Origin: Emiliania huxleyi CCMP1516
Taxonomy: Eukaryota
Reading direction: 5' to 3'
DNA: 64,000 nucleotides
NCBI RefSeq assembly: GCF_000372725.1
Contig: NW_005201092.1
Location: 775,833-839,832, forward strand
Under the pieces are notes generated by a model. It saw only the letters and a program-made list of their open reading frames with translations. It had not been told where the DNA came from and made no database searches. The first letter of the stretch is position 1, and each line of letters starts with the position of its first letter. Below, piece by piece: positions 37,262-49,396 of the stretch. Both the position numbers and the translations under genes were made by a program.

Positions 37262-38312
37262 CAAGTGCGCAACACTTAATGATTTTCGGCCGGCCGCAGG
37301 TCGGGCTGGACGCGGCTGTTTCGGCCGGCGGTCGGGGTCGGACACCAGCTTTGTCGGCGCGTCAGCGCCGAAGAAAATTTTTGGCGATTTTCTTGTACTC
37401 CCGTCACTTCCAGCTCACGCTCCCGGTTTTGTCAAATAGGATTCGAATCTCGAACTTCTATATTTCTCCTTGAGGTTCCCTCCCAGGCCCGCCGCCGCGC
37501 TCGCTGGACAGCGGCCGTGACTCACCTGCTTCGGGCGCGCTGCTCCTCGGGGATGGCGAGAAGCGGCAGAGATGATGCTCATAGATGAGCTAGCCCCAGA
37601 TGCCCCGTTTGCCCCACTGCGGCGCCGCGCTCGTGCCGGCGTGCGAGTGGGTACAATGCACCCCCTCGGCCGCTCGCGGCCCGGAACGCATCGGGAGATA
37701 TTCATTCGTATACGCCAAGACGTGCTCAGATGGCACGTAGTAGTGTGACTGAGCGCGTGGCCACTCTCCACCCTCGATTGCGGGCTGGTAGGTGCGCAGT
37801 TGCCGCACGCGGCCGGAGGCTCAAGCGGCGAGGGGTGACGATGGCGGCCGCAGTGGTGTAGGCGGACAGTAATGATGCCGCGCGGGCGGAGTGGCGGACA
37901 CGAGGACGCTGCCGTCGGACGAGGGGTTGCTATCATACGCAAGCACGAGCCGTCGGTGACGCGACGGCGTCATCACCGTTGGCCAGCATAGAAGCGCGAA
38001 AACCTGCCCGTGTGTCGGATGCGTCCCCAAACTTGTAGCGCTACATCTTTGGACACACACCGGCGGGCGCTTTCGAGGCGACCGGCAGCATTTTTTCTAG
38101 CCACATGGACCTTTTTGCGGCACGATAGCTGGGCTGCAACATACGTGTACCTACACTCGACTACAGCTACGACTGCAACGGCGCGCAGCGCCGAAGAAAA
38201 TTTTGGGGCTTCTCGAGCGGCGGCCGGTGTGGACGCCGTTGTTTCGCAGCTCGGTCGGGGGGTCCCTGCGTTTCCCTGCGGTCGGTCGAAAATCATTAAG
38301 TGTGCGCACTTG
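37262..38312. mobile_element. Non-autonomous TIR element (TA TSD), copy 2
   Basis: ~38 bp imperfect TIRs CAAGTGCGC..CCGCAGG / CCTGCGG..GCGCACTTG. TA at 37260-61 and 38313-14. Confidence 0.9.
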
Positions 38313-38313
38313 T

Positions 38314-39747
38314 ATGTCCACGCCGCCGCGCCGCCGCTCGCGCCGCCTCGCCCCCGCCCCCGCCTCCGCCTCCGCTGCGCCCTCGCCAAGCGCACCGCCG
38401 CCCACCTGCCTCCTCGACCTCCCCACGGAGCTCCTCCTGCGCGCCCTCTCTCGCTGCGACCCCGCCGACATCGCTCGCGTCGCGGCCGTCTCGGTCCTCT
38501 TCCACGCCTCGCTTGCGCTGGAGGGCATCCGCTTGCGCCTGCAAGAGGCCGGCTACGAGCCTCCGGCGCCGCCGGCGGGCGAGGGCTGCGCCGTGCGGTG
38601 GCTGTGCCTTTTGGCGTTGCTGCGCGAGTCCAACCCGCCGGCGAGGGCGGCCGCAGGCGAACGGCACAGCCTCTTCATCGACGCCGAGGGGCGGCTCTCG
38701 TCGTGCGGCTATGCGCCGGCCTGGGGCCCAGGCCTGCTCGGCCACGGCGAGGGCGTGACGCGGCTCAACACGCCGACCCGCCTCCCCTCTCCGCTGGGCG
38801 GCGAGTGCGCTGTGAGCGTGTCGGCTGGAGAGAGGCACAGCCTCGCCCTCACCGGCAGCGGAGCCGTCTGGAGCTGGGGCCGTGGAGGCCGAGGCAAGCT
38901 GGGCCACGGCGACGAGCAGAACCAGCTGCTACCCAAGAAGATCGAGGCCTTCGCTGATCAGCGCGTCGTCGCTGTCTCAGCTGGAGATAGCCACAGTCTC
39001 GCCATCACCGACGGCGGCAGTGTCTGGAGCTGGGGCTTTGGAGGCCAAGGCCGGCTGGGCCACGGCGACGAGCAGACCCAGCTGCTGCCCAAGAAGATCG
39101 AGGCCTTTGCTGGGCAGCGCGTCGTCACCGTGTCGGCTGGGGAGTACCACAACCTTGCCACCACCGCCGACGGCGCCCTCTGGAGCTGGGGTGCAGGCTA
39201 CTCGGGCATGCTGGGCCACGGCGACCGGCAGCGCCAGCTGCTGCCCATGAAGGTCGAGGCGTTAGCTGGGCAGCGCGTCGTCGCCGTGTCGGCGGGATTC
39301 TTTCACAGCCTTGCCCTCACCGCCGACGGCAGTGTCTGGAGCTGGGGCCAGGGAGGCGGCGGCCGGTTGGGCCACGGCGACCGGCAGGACCAGCTGCAGC
39401 CGAAGAAGGTCGAGGCCTTTCCTGGGCAGCGCGTCGTCGCTGTGTCGGCGGGGATCTCCCACAGCCTCGCCATCACCGCCGACGGAGAGGTCTGCAGCTG
39501 GGGCAGCGGACGCGACGGCAAGCTGGGCCACGGCGACGAGCAGGACCAGCTGCTGCCCAAGAAGGTCGAGGCCTTTGCTGGCCAGCACGTCGTCGCTGTG
39601 TCGGCTGGGCCATACCACAGCCTCGCCATCACCGCCGACGGCGACGTCTTCACCTGGGGCGCGGGCGAGAGCGGCTGCCTCGGCCACGGAGAGGACATGT
39701 CAAACCAGCTGCTGCCCAAGAAGATCGAGATGTGGGCGGGGCAGTGA
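38314..39747 (+). CDS. F-box-like + RCC1-repeat protein, copy 2
   Basis: Paralogue of 35401-36828 including the 3' flank. Starts MSTPPRRRSRR. Confidence 0.9.
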   Translation: MSTPPRRRSRRLAPAPASASAAPSPSAPPPTCLLDLPTELLLRALSRCDPADIARVAAVSVLFHASLALEGIRLRLQEAGYEPPAPPAGEGCAVRWLCLLALLRESNPPARAAAGERHSLFIDAEGRLSSCGYAPAWGPGLLGHGEGVTRLNTPTRLPSPLGGECAVSVSAGERHSLALTGSGAVWSWGRGGRGKLGHGDEQNQLLPKKIEAFADQRVVAVSAGDSHSLAITDGGSVWSWGFGGQGRLGHGDEQTQLLPKKIEAFAGQRVVTVSAGEYHNLATTADGALWSWGAGYSGMLGHGDRQRQLLPMKVEALAGQRVVAVSAGFFHSLALTADGSVWSWGQGGGGRLGHGDRQDQLQPKKVEAFPGQRVVAVSAGISHSLAITADGEVCSWGSGRDGKLGHGDEQDQLLPKKVEAFAGQHVVAVSAGPYHSLAITADGDVFTWGAGESGCLGHGEDMSNQLLPKKIEMWAGQ

Positions 39748-40077
39748 GAAGCCGCGCAGATGGACAGGACAAGGAGGGGATGCTCAGGCTTCTCGCGGCG
39801 TCTCAACGAGGAGAGGATTCCGTTCGGAACGCAGAGATCGGTGCGAGTATGACACAGTGTTGAGACAGGCACAGGGACGAAACACCCGTGAGACAGAGAC
39901 GTCTCACCTGTTCGTTCGCCCTGCTCAGGCTTCTCGCGGAGCTCTCACTTCGGTCCAGAGTGAAGAGAAAATAAAAAGAAACCGGGAAAAAAAGAGAATA
40001 CACACGTGTTCATCGCGGAGCTCGCGCGATTCATCACCCTCCGCTCGGCCCACTGGCACTGGCTCCGGTGGTAAGCC

Positions 40078-41497
40078 ATGATGAGCGCTGTGATGCGAGC
40101 CCTGATCCTGACGCCTAAGCCGCTCGCGCCGCAGTCGGCCCCAGCGCTGCACGACTCTGCTGCGGCCGCTCGTCCAAGTCAACCACGCGCAGAGTCGCCC
40201 ACGCTCGTCCGAGTCATCAATCAGGCGCGGAGGCCCGAGACGCCCTACCGTTCACCCCTCTCTTCACCGCCCATCGCCGTCTCACGCTCTCACCTCTCGT
40301 CAGGAGTACGAGGCTCTCCTTCCCTCCATCGCGCGGCACGGCGACGTCCCGGTCGGGCAGCTGCTGCACGCGATCGACACTCAGGCGACGCACTCGAGCC
40401 GGCTGGGCTCCTTCATGAGGCTGGTGGTGCGCTGCGACGCGCACAACACGCGGACGGTGCGGGAGTCGTGGGAGCGGCACGGCCGACCGGCCGGGCTGCG
40501 GCGGCTCCTCGAGGCAGAGGCGGCGGCGGGCGTGCAGCAGCCGGCCCTGCTCGAGGAAGCAGCCCGCCGCCGCCTGCGGGACACGTCCCGGACATGTCAG
40601 TGGCGTGTCCTGTAGGCCCGGCTCGAGGAGGGCTCTGCCGCCCTCGCGCTGCTGTGGAGCATGCGGAGCGCAGAGATAGATGCTGCGATGAGAGGATTGG
40701 TATTGTCATCATAGCAGAGTATTGGGTATTGTCATCTTAGCAGAGCCTAGATGCGGCGTGGCCGACCCCGTTGGTCCGAGACGCGAGCCAGCACTGGCGA
40801 CGCCACACCGCACGGCCAGAAACGTCCATGGCACGCCCATGTAGGATGAAGCGCTTCTGGGCCGAGCTGGCGAGCGGCCTCTCGGACGCGCGGGGCGGCT
40901 CGCCCGCCGCCCTCGGCAGCCTCGCCTACGATCGGGAGGTGAAGGGAGATATGGGGAGATATGGGGGAGATATGGGGGAGATACGGCCTACGAGCGGGAG
41001 GTGAAGGGAGCAGGAGGAGAGGTCATGGCGGGGTGCGGCGGCGCGTGCAGACACGCCTCTCGCCCTCTGCGCCATCCCTGCCCGCCCGCCCTCCCAGGTT
41101 GCGCCGTTCCACGGCTGGGTGCTGCGGGGCACCTTCCGGGCGGCGCTGGCCGCGCTGCCGTCTCGCGAGGCGATGCTCTCCGCCCTCTCGCTGCCGCCTC
41201 CGGGCGAGGAGGCTGCGGAGGCGGAGGTGCGACATGCTCCCGCCACCCCTGCCTTCCCCGCGGTTGCCGCCACAATCACCGCCGCCGCCCTCACCGCCAA
41301 CGCCCTCACCGCCGCCACCTCCTCCGAACCCGCACATGAACGTGTACCCCTCTACCCCTTTGCAGGGAGAGCCGCAAGCGAGGCGCGAGGCGGTGCGGGC
41401 CGAGCTGGAGGGTTGGGTGGCGGTGCTGCGCCGGGTGGCGGACGCGGTCGAGTCGCTGCTCGCCGAGCTCGGCCTTCGGGACGACCGGCAGCTGTGA
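40078..41497 (+). CDS. Glycolipid transfer protein (GLTP/HET-C2/ACD11 fold), about 5 introns
   Basis: Spliced GSAALALLWSMR|MKRFW..LAYDRE|VAPFHGWVLRGTFRAAL..PSREAML. Confidence 0.75.
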
Positions 41498-42064
41498 CTG
41501 GGCTCACAGGGAGAGCAGCGCGGCGGCTGGCTTGTGGCCGTCGCGAACCTGAGGCGGCGAGGCATCAGGGTGTTGTCACACAGTGGCACCGCCCCACGCA
41601 TGTGTTCAATGGACAATGTAGAGGGTTCGAGGGTGGCGGAGGAGCCTAAATTGCTATTAGCTCTTTCATTGTTTTTAGACAGACATAGGAGGGTTCCGTA
41701 TCAAGATCATGCCAAAGCCCAAACAAAAGGGGGCGGCCACGCATTCCACCTCAGGCCCGCGCGCCGGGCCCGCCCCGGGCGCCGCGAGACCTGCAGCAAC
41801 TTCTCGCAGCTGCGAGTCAGACCTGCTTATAAAATCGGACCGTGCTTTCTTCGGAGCGGGGTGCGGGGCATCCAAAACAACAGGAAGGGACCTGCACCTG
41901 GTAACATACGCGCAGCGCCAGGGAGTGTGACCCTAGGGGGACAAAGGTGTGTCCTGCACCTCAACCTCTCACTGGATACCCATCACTGAGCCGACGATGC
42001 TATGGCTAGCCCCAGGGTGGCGCCCACCCCCATACCCTCAGGCACTTGCCTGCGCCCTGGCCGC

Positions 42065-42270
42065 GCATGCCGCGCACGCGTGCGCACGCCCGCGCACACC
42101 GCGCACGCCCGCGCACGCCCGCGCACGCCCGCGCACGCCCGCGCACGTGCGCGCACGCCCGCGCGCACGCCCGCGCGCACGCCCGCGCGCACGCCGCACT
42201 ACGCGGCACTGCCCAGGTTCCCTCACGCTCAGATTCCCTCACGCTCAGATTCCCTCACGCTCAGATTCCG
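42065..42270. repeat. (CGCACGCCCG)n and (TCACGCTCAGATTCCC)3 tandem repeats
   Basis: Direct. Confidence 0.85.
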
Positions 42271-42421
42271 TGCAAGGGGGTGCCGAGGTATGCCGCAGGC
42301 CGGGATGGAGTGAGATCTTGCGGGGCAGGGCGTGTAGGGGGAGGCGCGGGACAGGGGCGTCCCTCGGGTGTCCCTCGGCTCTCGACTCCCCCGCACCAAC
42401 AGGCACCAACAGAGCACACTG

Positions 42422-42910
42422 ATGAGGGCCTTCCTCGTCCTCGCCGCTCTCGCGACCTCGTCCGCCCTCAAGGTTGCTGACCCGGCCACCAAGGTGGCCA
42501 CCAAGGTGCCCGCCGCCAAGCTGCCGTCCTCGGCCGCCAGCGCTCTCGCGCTCCGCGGCGGCGGTGTGGTGAGCGGCAGCGTGTGGCTCAAGTCCTTTTC
42601 CGCCTTCATGGGGATGTATGCAGTCGGCTTCGTGCTCGCGCCGGCCACGGTGATCGAGCAGAATTTCGACACGCCGTACGACAAGTACCACCTCTTCATC
42701 TCGCGGCTCTCGGGCATCGCGTTCCTCACGCTCATCTACACGTTCAGCACGATGGAGACGGCCGCGGCCGTGCCCATCGCCCTCACGATGGCTTGCCTCA
42801 CGGCGGTATTCGGGCCGATCTACGCCGAGCTGAAGCTCGAGACGAAGCCAGCGCACAAGATGGCCTTCCTCATGGCGCCCCTGATCGTCTCGGGCTTCCT
42901 GGCGCTCTAA
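42422..42910 (+). CDS. Small 4-TM membrane protein with signal peptide and LRGG leader motif
   Basis: MRAFLVLAALATSSA signal, Ala/Lys-rich leader ending ALALRGG, then four hydrophobic helices. Confidence 0.75.
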   Translation: MRAFLVLAALATSSALKVADPATKVATKVPAAKLPSSAASALALRGGGVVSGSVWLKSFSAFMGMYAVGFVLAPATVIEQNFDTPYDKYHLFISRLSGIAFLTLIYTFSTMETAAAVPIALTMACLTAVFGPIYAELKLETKPAHKMAFLMAPLIVSGFLAL

Positions 42911-43282
42911 GAGTGGGTCCGAGGCGCCTCCGTGCTCCGATGCGGGACGTGCTCACACGGCGTGAGGAGCATATGTGCGGCATGGCCGCATGCGGTGGGA
43001 GGCGGTGCGCGTGCGCGCGCGCGTGCTCAGTCCCGATCGTGCTTCTTGCGCACAAGGCAAGCGAGAGATGTGTGTATACACATAATCACATTCACACTCG
43101 TCACTTTCTCTCGTTTTTTTATTGCAAAATACGAGAGAGCCCGCGGAGGGGGGGTGGGGGGGCGCGCCGCACGCCGGACAGTCTCGGAGCTGGTGTACCT
43201 GTATTCCGAATGAATACGCCATAAATCGCACGAGACACATACCAGTGCGGCGGCGGCTACGGTGGATCCATGTGATGATTGT

Positions 43283-44035
43283 GGCATGTTTTGCGAGTAT
43301 ATGGGACAAAAGCGTCGAAAATGTCCCAAAAAGCGTGTCTCGAGTTTGTGGCAGCCCCACAGCCGGCGCGCGCTGCCAGGAAGCACCGCTCGCGTGTCGG
43401 CCGCACTCCCTGGCACCCGGTGAGTGCGGCCGACCGACCAGACCGAATAGGCTCGACGCCGCGCTCGCTGTGGGGCTGCCACAAACTCGCCGCCGAGCGT
43501 GCCACCGACGGCGTCCCGGCGGCGGTGATGGAGTGTGAGACCTGAGGCTGCGGAGGTGACGCCTGAGGTACCGGCCCGTGCACAGCGACTCAGCCGGCGA
43601 CCGCCACGGGCTCAGACGAGACTTGTCGACTCGTTCCGGCTCAGCTTCACCGTGGTCATCGGGCGTCTGTCGACGTCAGGACCACCCATACAGCTCGCGG
43701 GTTTGAGGTCGCAAGAGCCAAGATGGTGGCGTTTGGACATCCCAACCATCACACAAGACAGCCTGTAGGTGATGGCGGGACGGCGCAGTGTTTGTGGCAC
43801 TCAGCAGTAGGCACCCGCGGCACGGCCCCGCTGTCGGCTCTCACGGGCTGCGGAACCGGCCCCAGAGGGAGCCGGTCCGGGCGAGTGTGGCAGCTCCTGC
43901 GCTAGTATGGGCACCCTCTATCATAGCACTACTGATCCTGGTCATTAGAGCTGCCAGGGATAGCGTCAGGAGCCGGTAGGAGTCAAAACCTCTCATATTT
44001 GAGACATCGTGTCCCATATACTCGCAAAACATGCC
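43283..44035. mobile_element. 753 bp non-autonomous DNA transposon
   Basis: Perfect 26 bp TIR GGCATGTTTTGCGAGTATATGGGACA (43283-308 / 44010-35). TSD TTGT on both sides. Confidence 0.9.
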
Positions 44036-44326
44036 TTGTATCAGTCGCGGTGTCGCGCGCAAGCGTCTTCAGACTTCACGCGGCACGACCCGAGTCGAGC
44101 CCTAGCTGACCCGCAAGGCGCAGGGGGCAGGCCCCGTTGGCGAGCGGCCGCTGCGGCGCTGTCGGGCTGTCGCCTCGTGAGCCTAGCCTTTACCTGTGCT
44201 CGTAAGTTCTCGCATGCACACCTGACATCGTGTAGTGCCTCCTCGGCGCGCGGCTGCTGGCTCTCCGCGCCGGGCCTTCCCCCGCTCTAGACGCAGCCCG
44301 CCGCTGGAGCCGCGACCCGCTTCGCC

Positions 44327-45152
44327 TCACTGGCCGTAGCCCTTGCCGCGCAGCTCGTCGATGTAGCGCGCGATCTTGGAGTCGCCCGCGCGCGGCGACA
44401 CGCCCGCCTGCAGCAGCGTGCGCACCACCACCTTCCCGTCGTTGGCGCGCGGCCAGGGCGTGCCTCGGCTGGTGGAGTACCTGAGCAGAGAAGAGCCGTG
44501 AGTACGGACAAAGCAAGCTGCGGGACACGGGCTGGCCTCGGCGGGGTGCCGTTCGCGGTGGAGGGCGCGGTCGATCTCGACGACAGAGCGGCCCTCCTCG
44601 GCGAGCTCGAGGACGCGCCTGCAAGGGCGAGGACGAAGAGGCTGGGTCGACGGCCATGCCCGCGCCGCCCCTCCTCCAGACCGCCGGTGCGGCGCACCCG
44701 ACCAGATTTGCGTCCTGCCGGCTCCGGCTGCCGCCTGGCGGAGGGCCGAGAGAGGGATCAGGAGAAGGGTCGGGGGGAGGGGGGGGTTGAGACAGGCGCC
44801 CCGCAGGGTCCGGCTGCCGCCTGGCGTCGAGGAGGGCGCCGAGCCCTTGCTACGTGAAGATGTTCCGCTCCGAGGCCGACGTGGAGCGTGCCGTATGTGG
44901 GCCGGGCTGACATGGGGCGCGCTGGCGTCAACAAAGCCCAGGGCCGCGGCTCGGACCACAGGGCGAGCCTTCTTTCGGAGGCTCATTCTCCCTTGCCGTC
45001 CGCTGCCGAACCTGGAGACGTGCCGTGTGCGGACGAGCGCGGCGTCGGGGGAGGCGGGAGAGGCCCACCGCACGCGCCGCGCGCCGGGGAGAGGCCGGGG
45101 TGGGACGGCGGCTGGTCGGGCGTGTTTGTGCGCACGGCGAGCGGGGTGGCGC

Positions 45153-45195
<43 letters not shown>

Positions 45196-45945
45196 AGGCA
45201 TGTAGCCGGAGCCGTCGCCGAGGGAGGAGGGCGAGAAGAGGCGGCAGACACGCAGCTCGGAGCAAGGTGTCGAGACAGCCGCCGAAGGCGCCGACACCGC
45301 CGTCGCCGCCGCCGACACCGCCGTCGCCGCTTGTGCCGCCGCCACCCGCGGCGAGGGCGAAGGGGTGAAGAGGCAGTGGGAGGAGGCGGCGGAGGAGGCG
45401 GGGGAGGGGCCGCTGCCGCCGCTCGCCCGGTGAGGCGGTAGGCCGAGCCGGTCGTGCCTGAGGTGAGGTGCTGTGGTAGGGTGAGGTGCTGTGGTAGGGT
45501 GAGGAGGGTTGTGTGAGGTGGATTGTGTGAGTGAGGTGCTGTAGAGTGAGGTGGGTGAGGAGGGCTGGGTGAGGAGGGTTGGGTGAGGTCGGGTACCCTC
45601 GCTGGGAAGGGGGGCCGGGCAGCCCTCGCATCTGCACTAGGGGTGGCAGGAGCGCGGGGTGCACATTCCAAGTGCAAGGCCCCGGTGCGCGCGGGGTGCG
45701 GAAGTGTGAGGGGGTGCGGTGTGGGGGTGGGGTGTGTGAGTGGGGTGTGTGAGCGTGTGTGTGGAGGAAGTGTGGCGCGGGAGGGAGAGCGGGTGGAGTG
45801 GGAGAAGTGTGATGTCATGTCGCCTCCGCTTGAGCCGGAGCCGGCGCGAGGCCCCCTTGTTGCACGAGCGGTCGAAGCAGGCGGCGCCCCCGTTGCAGTG
45901 TGCCGCGCAGCGCTCAAAGGCGAGAGCAGACTGCGAGCCTGACGG
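44327..45945 (-). CDS. Downstream exons, either the C-terminal extension of RecQ or a separate gene
   Basis: Coding-like blocks (FERCAAHCNGGAACFDRSCNKG; RVLELAEEG; DSKIARYIDELRGKGYGQ*) separated by repeat-filled introns. Confidence 0.4.
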
Positions 45946-46081
45946 GGGGCTGGCCGCGGACTGTGTCGCGGCTGCACCTGGGCCGCATCGCGGCTGTCTC
46001 TTGGCCGCATCTCGGCTGTCTCTTGGCCGCATCTCGGCTGTCTCTTGGCCGCATCTCGGCTGTCTCTTGGCCGCATCTCGG

Positions 46082-46404
46082 CTAGATCTCGCCGTCGAAG
46101 AAGGCTAGGCGGTGGAGCTCACAGATCGGCTCGCACGCGGCGCACTCGCTCCCGCCCCCCACCTCCTCCCGCCCCTCCTCCCACCCCTCCTCCTCCCTCT
46201 CCTCCTCCTCCTCCTCCTCCTCCTCCTCCTCCTCCTCGCTCGCACTGCCCCCGGCCGCCGCCGCGCCGGCAAATGCCCTGCCGCTCACGGCGGCGGCCAT
46301 GGCGGCGGCCTCTGCGTCGGCGTCGAGCGACCGCAGGCAGAGGTGGAACTGGGCGCCCGCTTGGGTGTGCGCAGGCTGCGCCGGCACGATGGGAGGCGGC
46401 AACA

Positions 46405-46451
<47 letters not shown>

Positions 46452-48220
46452 GGCGGCGGCGGCGGCGGCTGCTGCGGCTGCTGCGGCTGCGGCGGCGGTG
46501 CGAAGGGCGCCTCGGCGGCCCTTCGCCCGACCCCCACGCGGGAGGAGTAGCCGCCGTGCGGGCACGGCGTGCTGACTTCGGAGAGCACCTGCCGCACGAC
46601 GGTGCGCGGGAGATACGGGGAGATGTGGGGGAGATGTGGGGGAGATGTGGGGGAGATGTGGGGGAGATGTGGGGGAGCGCCTGCCGCACGACGAGTGCGC
46701 GGAGCAGCCTCGAGAGCTGAGGCCGGCCGAGGCCCTTCGCGACGCCGTGCTCGGCGAGGTGGACCTAGCGGAGGTTGCGGGAGGTTGCGGGAGGTTGCGG
46801 GAGGTTGCGGGAGATTGCTCGGCGAGGTGTGGTCGACCAGCCCCGACGTGACCACCTCCTTGGCGCGCGAGCCGTAGAGCAGCGCCTGCGGCTCGAGTCA
46901 TGAGTCGCTGCTGGTGTGAAGTGAGTGACACCTCGAGCCTCAGCTGGGGAGATGTGGGGAGATGTGGGGAGATGTGGGGAGATGTGGGGGAGATGTGGGG
47001 AGATGTGGGGAGATGTGGGGAGATGTGGGGAGATGTGGGGAGGATGGGGGGGGGGGGGGGGGGGAGACGTGGGGAGACGTGGGGAGACGTGGGGAGATGT
47101 GGGGAGATGTGGGGAGATGTGGGGAGATGTGGGGAGATGTGGGGAGATGCGGGGAGATGCGGGGAGATGCGGGGAGACAGTGCAGCCGCGCCTCGAGCCT
47201 CGGTAGCGTCAGCGCGCCATTCAGCCGGCCGGCCACGCAGAGAGCGGCGCGCGCCGCCACGCCGAGCTCCGCGCTCCTCGGCGGCGCGTCGGCGGCGCAG
47301 TTGTCGCAGCAGCGGCCGGGTGGCGGAGGAGGGGCGGGTGGCTCCTTCCCGAGGCGTTAGGGAGCAGCCGCTCAGACTGAGACCCCGAGAGAGTAGCCGA
47401 GAGAGGCCGAGAGTGGCCGAGAGTAGCCGAGAGTAGTCTCACCACCCCCACCCTCCTCTCATAGCCGGGCGGCGCCTGGCCGAGGTGGCGCAGCAGCCGG
47501 GCGCGGCGGCAGCCAACGTCGTCCTCGCACATCGCGACCACCTTGGGGAGGTATGGGGAGATCTGGGGAGATCTGGGGAGATCGTCGTCCACATCGCGGC
47601 AACCTCCATCAGCTCGCCGAGCCGCTCCTATTAATTACTACATAGTTGAGTAGTTGATTGATTAATTAACAGCATCTGCTCTGTGGAGAGCTCCTCGAGC
47701 GTCGCGGGCGGCGCGCCCCGCCGTATCATCGACTCGACCTAACGGAGACGGCACCGCGCCGCGCGCGTCAGGGACGTGTCGTGGTCGTGTCCCGTCGGCC
47801 CGCGTCGTACGACTTGACCCGCTGCTTGTCCGAGTACGAGTAGAGGAGGACGCACTCCGCGTCCTCCCCATCCCGGCCGGCCCGCCCCCACTCCTGCGCC
47901 AGCGCCGTCAGCGAGGAGGGGATCGTGTAGTGGAAGATCTGCCGCACGCCCCCGTGGTGCACGCCTAGAAGCTTCCTAGAAGGTTCCTAGAAGGGGGGAG
48001 GGTGGTGCTGCACGCCTCCGTGGTGCACGCCCATCCCAAAGGCGCACGTGGCGACGATGACCTCCACCCTACCCTGCAGCCAGTCGCGGTGCAGCGCCTC
48101 CTTGACCTCGCCCTCCACCTGCGCGTGGTAAAACGCGGCCGCCACCCGCCGCTCCACCAGCCCGTCGCACACGCGCTCCGCCTCAGCGCGAGAGTGACAG
48201 TACACGATCGCGCAGCGGCA

Positions 48221-48267
<47 letters not shown>

Positions 48268-49291
48268 TGCTTCCGCTGCCGCCGCCGCTGCTTCCGCCGC
48301 CGCCTCCGCCGCCTGCCCCGAGTGCGGCGGCGATCCGGTCGAGGGAGGAGGCGAGCGAGGTCTTGCGCCTTCGGAAGGAAGTCATCACCACTCAGCCCCT
48401 TCACGATCCGGTCCAAGGGGGGGGAGGCGAGGGAAGTCTAGCTGCGCCAGACGGCGTAGCGGAGGTGGGGCCGGTCCATGCTCCCCTCCAGCACGCGCAC
48501 CCCCGACGCGTCGAGCCCTAGGCTCTCTAGCAGGAGAGGCCGGCGCGCGGGCGGCAGCGTCGCGGTCAGGAGTAGCCACGGGACGCCTAGGAGAAGGTTC
48601 CTAGAAGGTTCCTAGAAGGTTCCAGTGTCGCGGTCAGGAGTAGCCACGGGACGCCGGGCAGATCGGCGCGGAGAGAGCCGAGGCGGGCGTATTCGGGTCG
48701 GAAGTCGGACCCCCACGACACCACGCAGTGCGCCTCGTCCACCACCACCCGCTGCAGCAGCCCGCGAGACGCGAGCGAGCGCAGCACGCCGCCGAGCGAC
48801 AGCGACTGCAGCAGCCGCTCGGGAGTGACAAAGAGGAGCTTCGCGCCCTCCGAGGGAGAGGGCGCGCCGCCCCGCCGCCCCGCCGCAGCCACAGCGGCCG
48901 CCGCCGCCGCCTCCTCCGCGCCCTGCGTGCTCTCTGGCGGCGGCAGCGGCCACGCCCGCAGCTCCTGCAAGACCGCCGTCTGCTCCGCGGCGGGCTGCGA
49001 GGAGCAGAGGTGGAGGGCGCGGACGCGGAGCGAGTCGAGCGCGTCGCGCTGGTCGCGCATCAGCGCGAGCAGCGGCACCACCACCACAGTGATCCCCGGG
49101 GTGGCGAGCGAGGCGAGCTGGAACGTGCGGCTCTTGCCCCCGCCGGTCGGCATGAGGAGGAGGACGTCGCGGCCGCTCAGCGAGCACTCGATCGCCTGGC
49201 GCTGGAGGGGACGGAGAGGCGCACCGTGGAACCAGCGCTCGTTCGCGGCGTCGAGGGCGTCGGGGTCGGCGGGGAGGGGTCGAGTCGCCAT
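46082..49291 (-). CDS. recQ: RecQ-family DNA helicase, multi-exon
   Basis: MPTGGGKS, VVVDEAHCVVSWGSDFRPEY, LTAT, IVYCHSR, ATCAFGMG, QEWGRAGRDG, Zn-binding CRR..CCDNC and an RQC-like region. Confidence 0.92.
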
Positions 49292-49396
49292 TGTGGTCGA
49301 TCGCTGTGTCGCGCTGGTCGCTCAAGCGGCTTAACCTGAAAAAAGAATTTGCGTTGCGTACCCGTTGCAGAGGCCGGTCAAATTCTTTTCCTCGCG

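Noticed and set aside
45990..47175. Regular repeats as a CRISPR array
   Set aside because: Head-to-tail minisatellites without unique spacers, in eukaryotic introns, with no cas genes.
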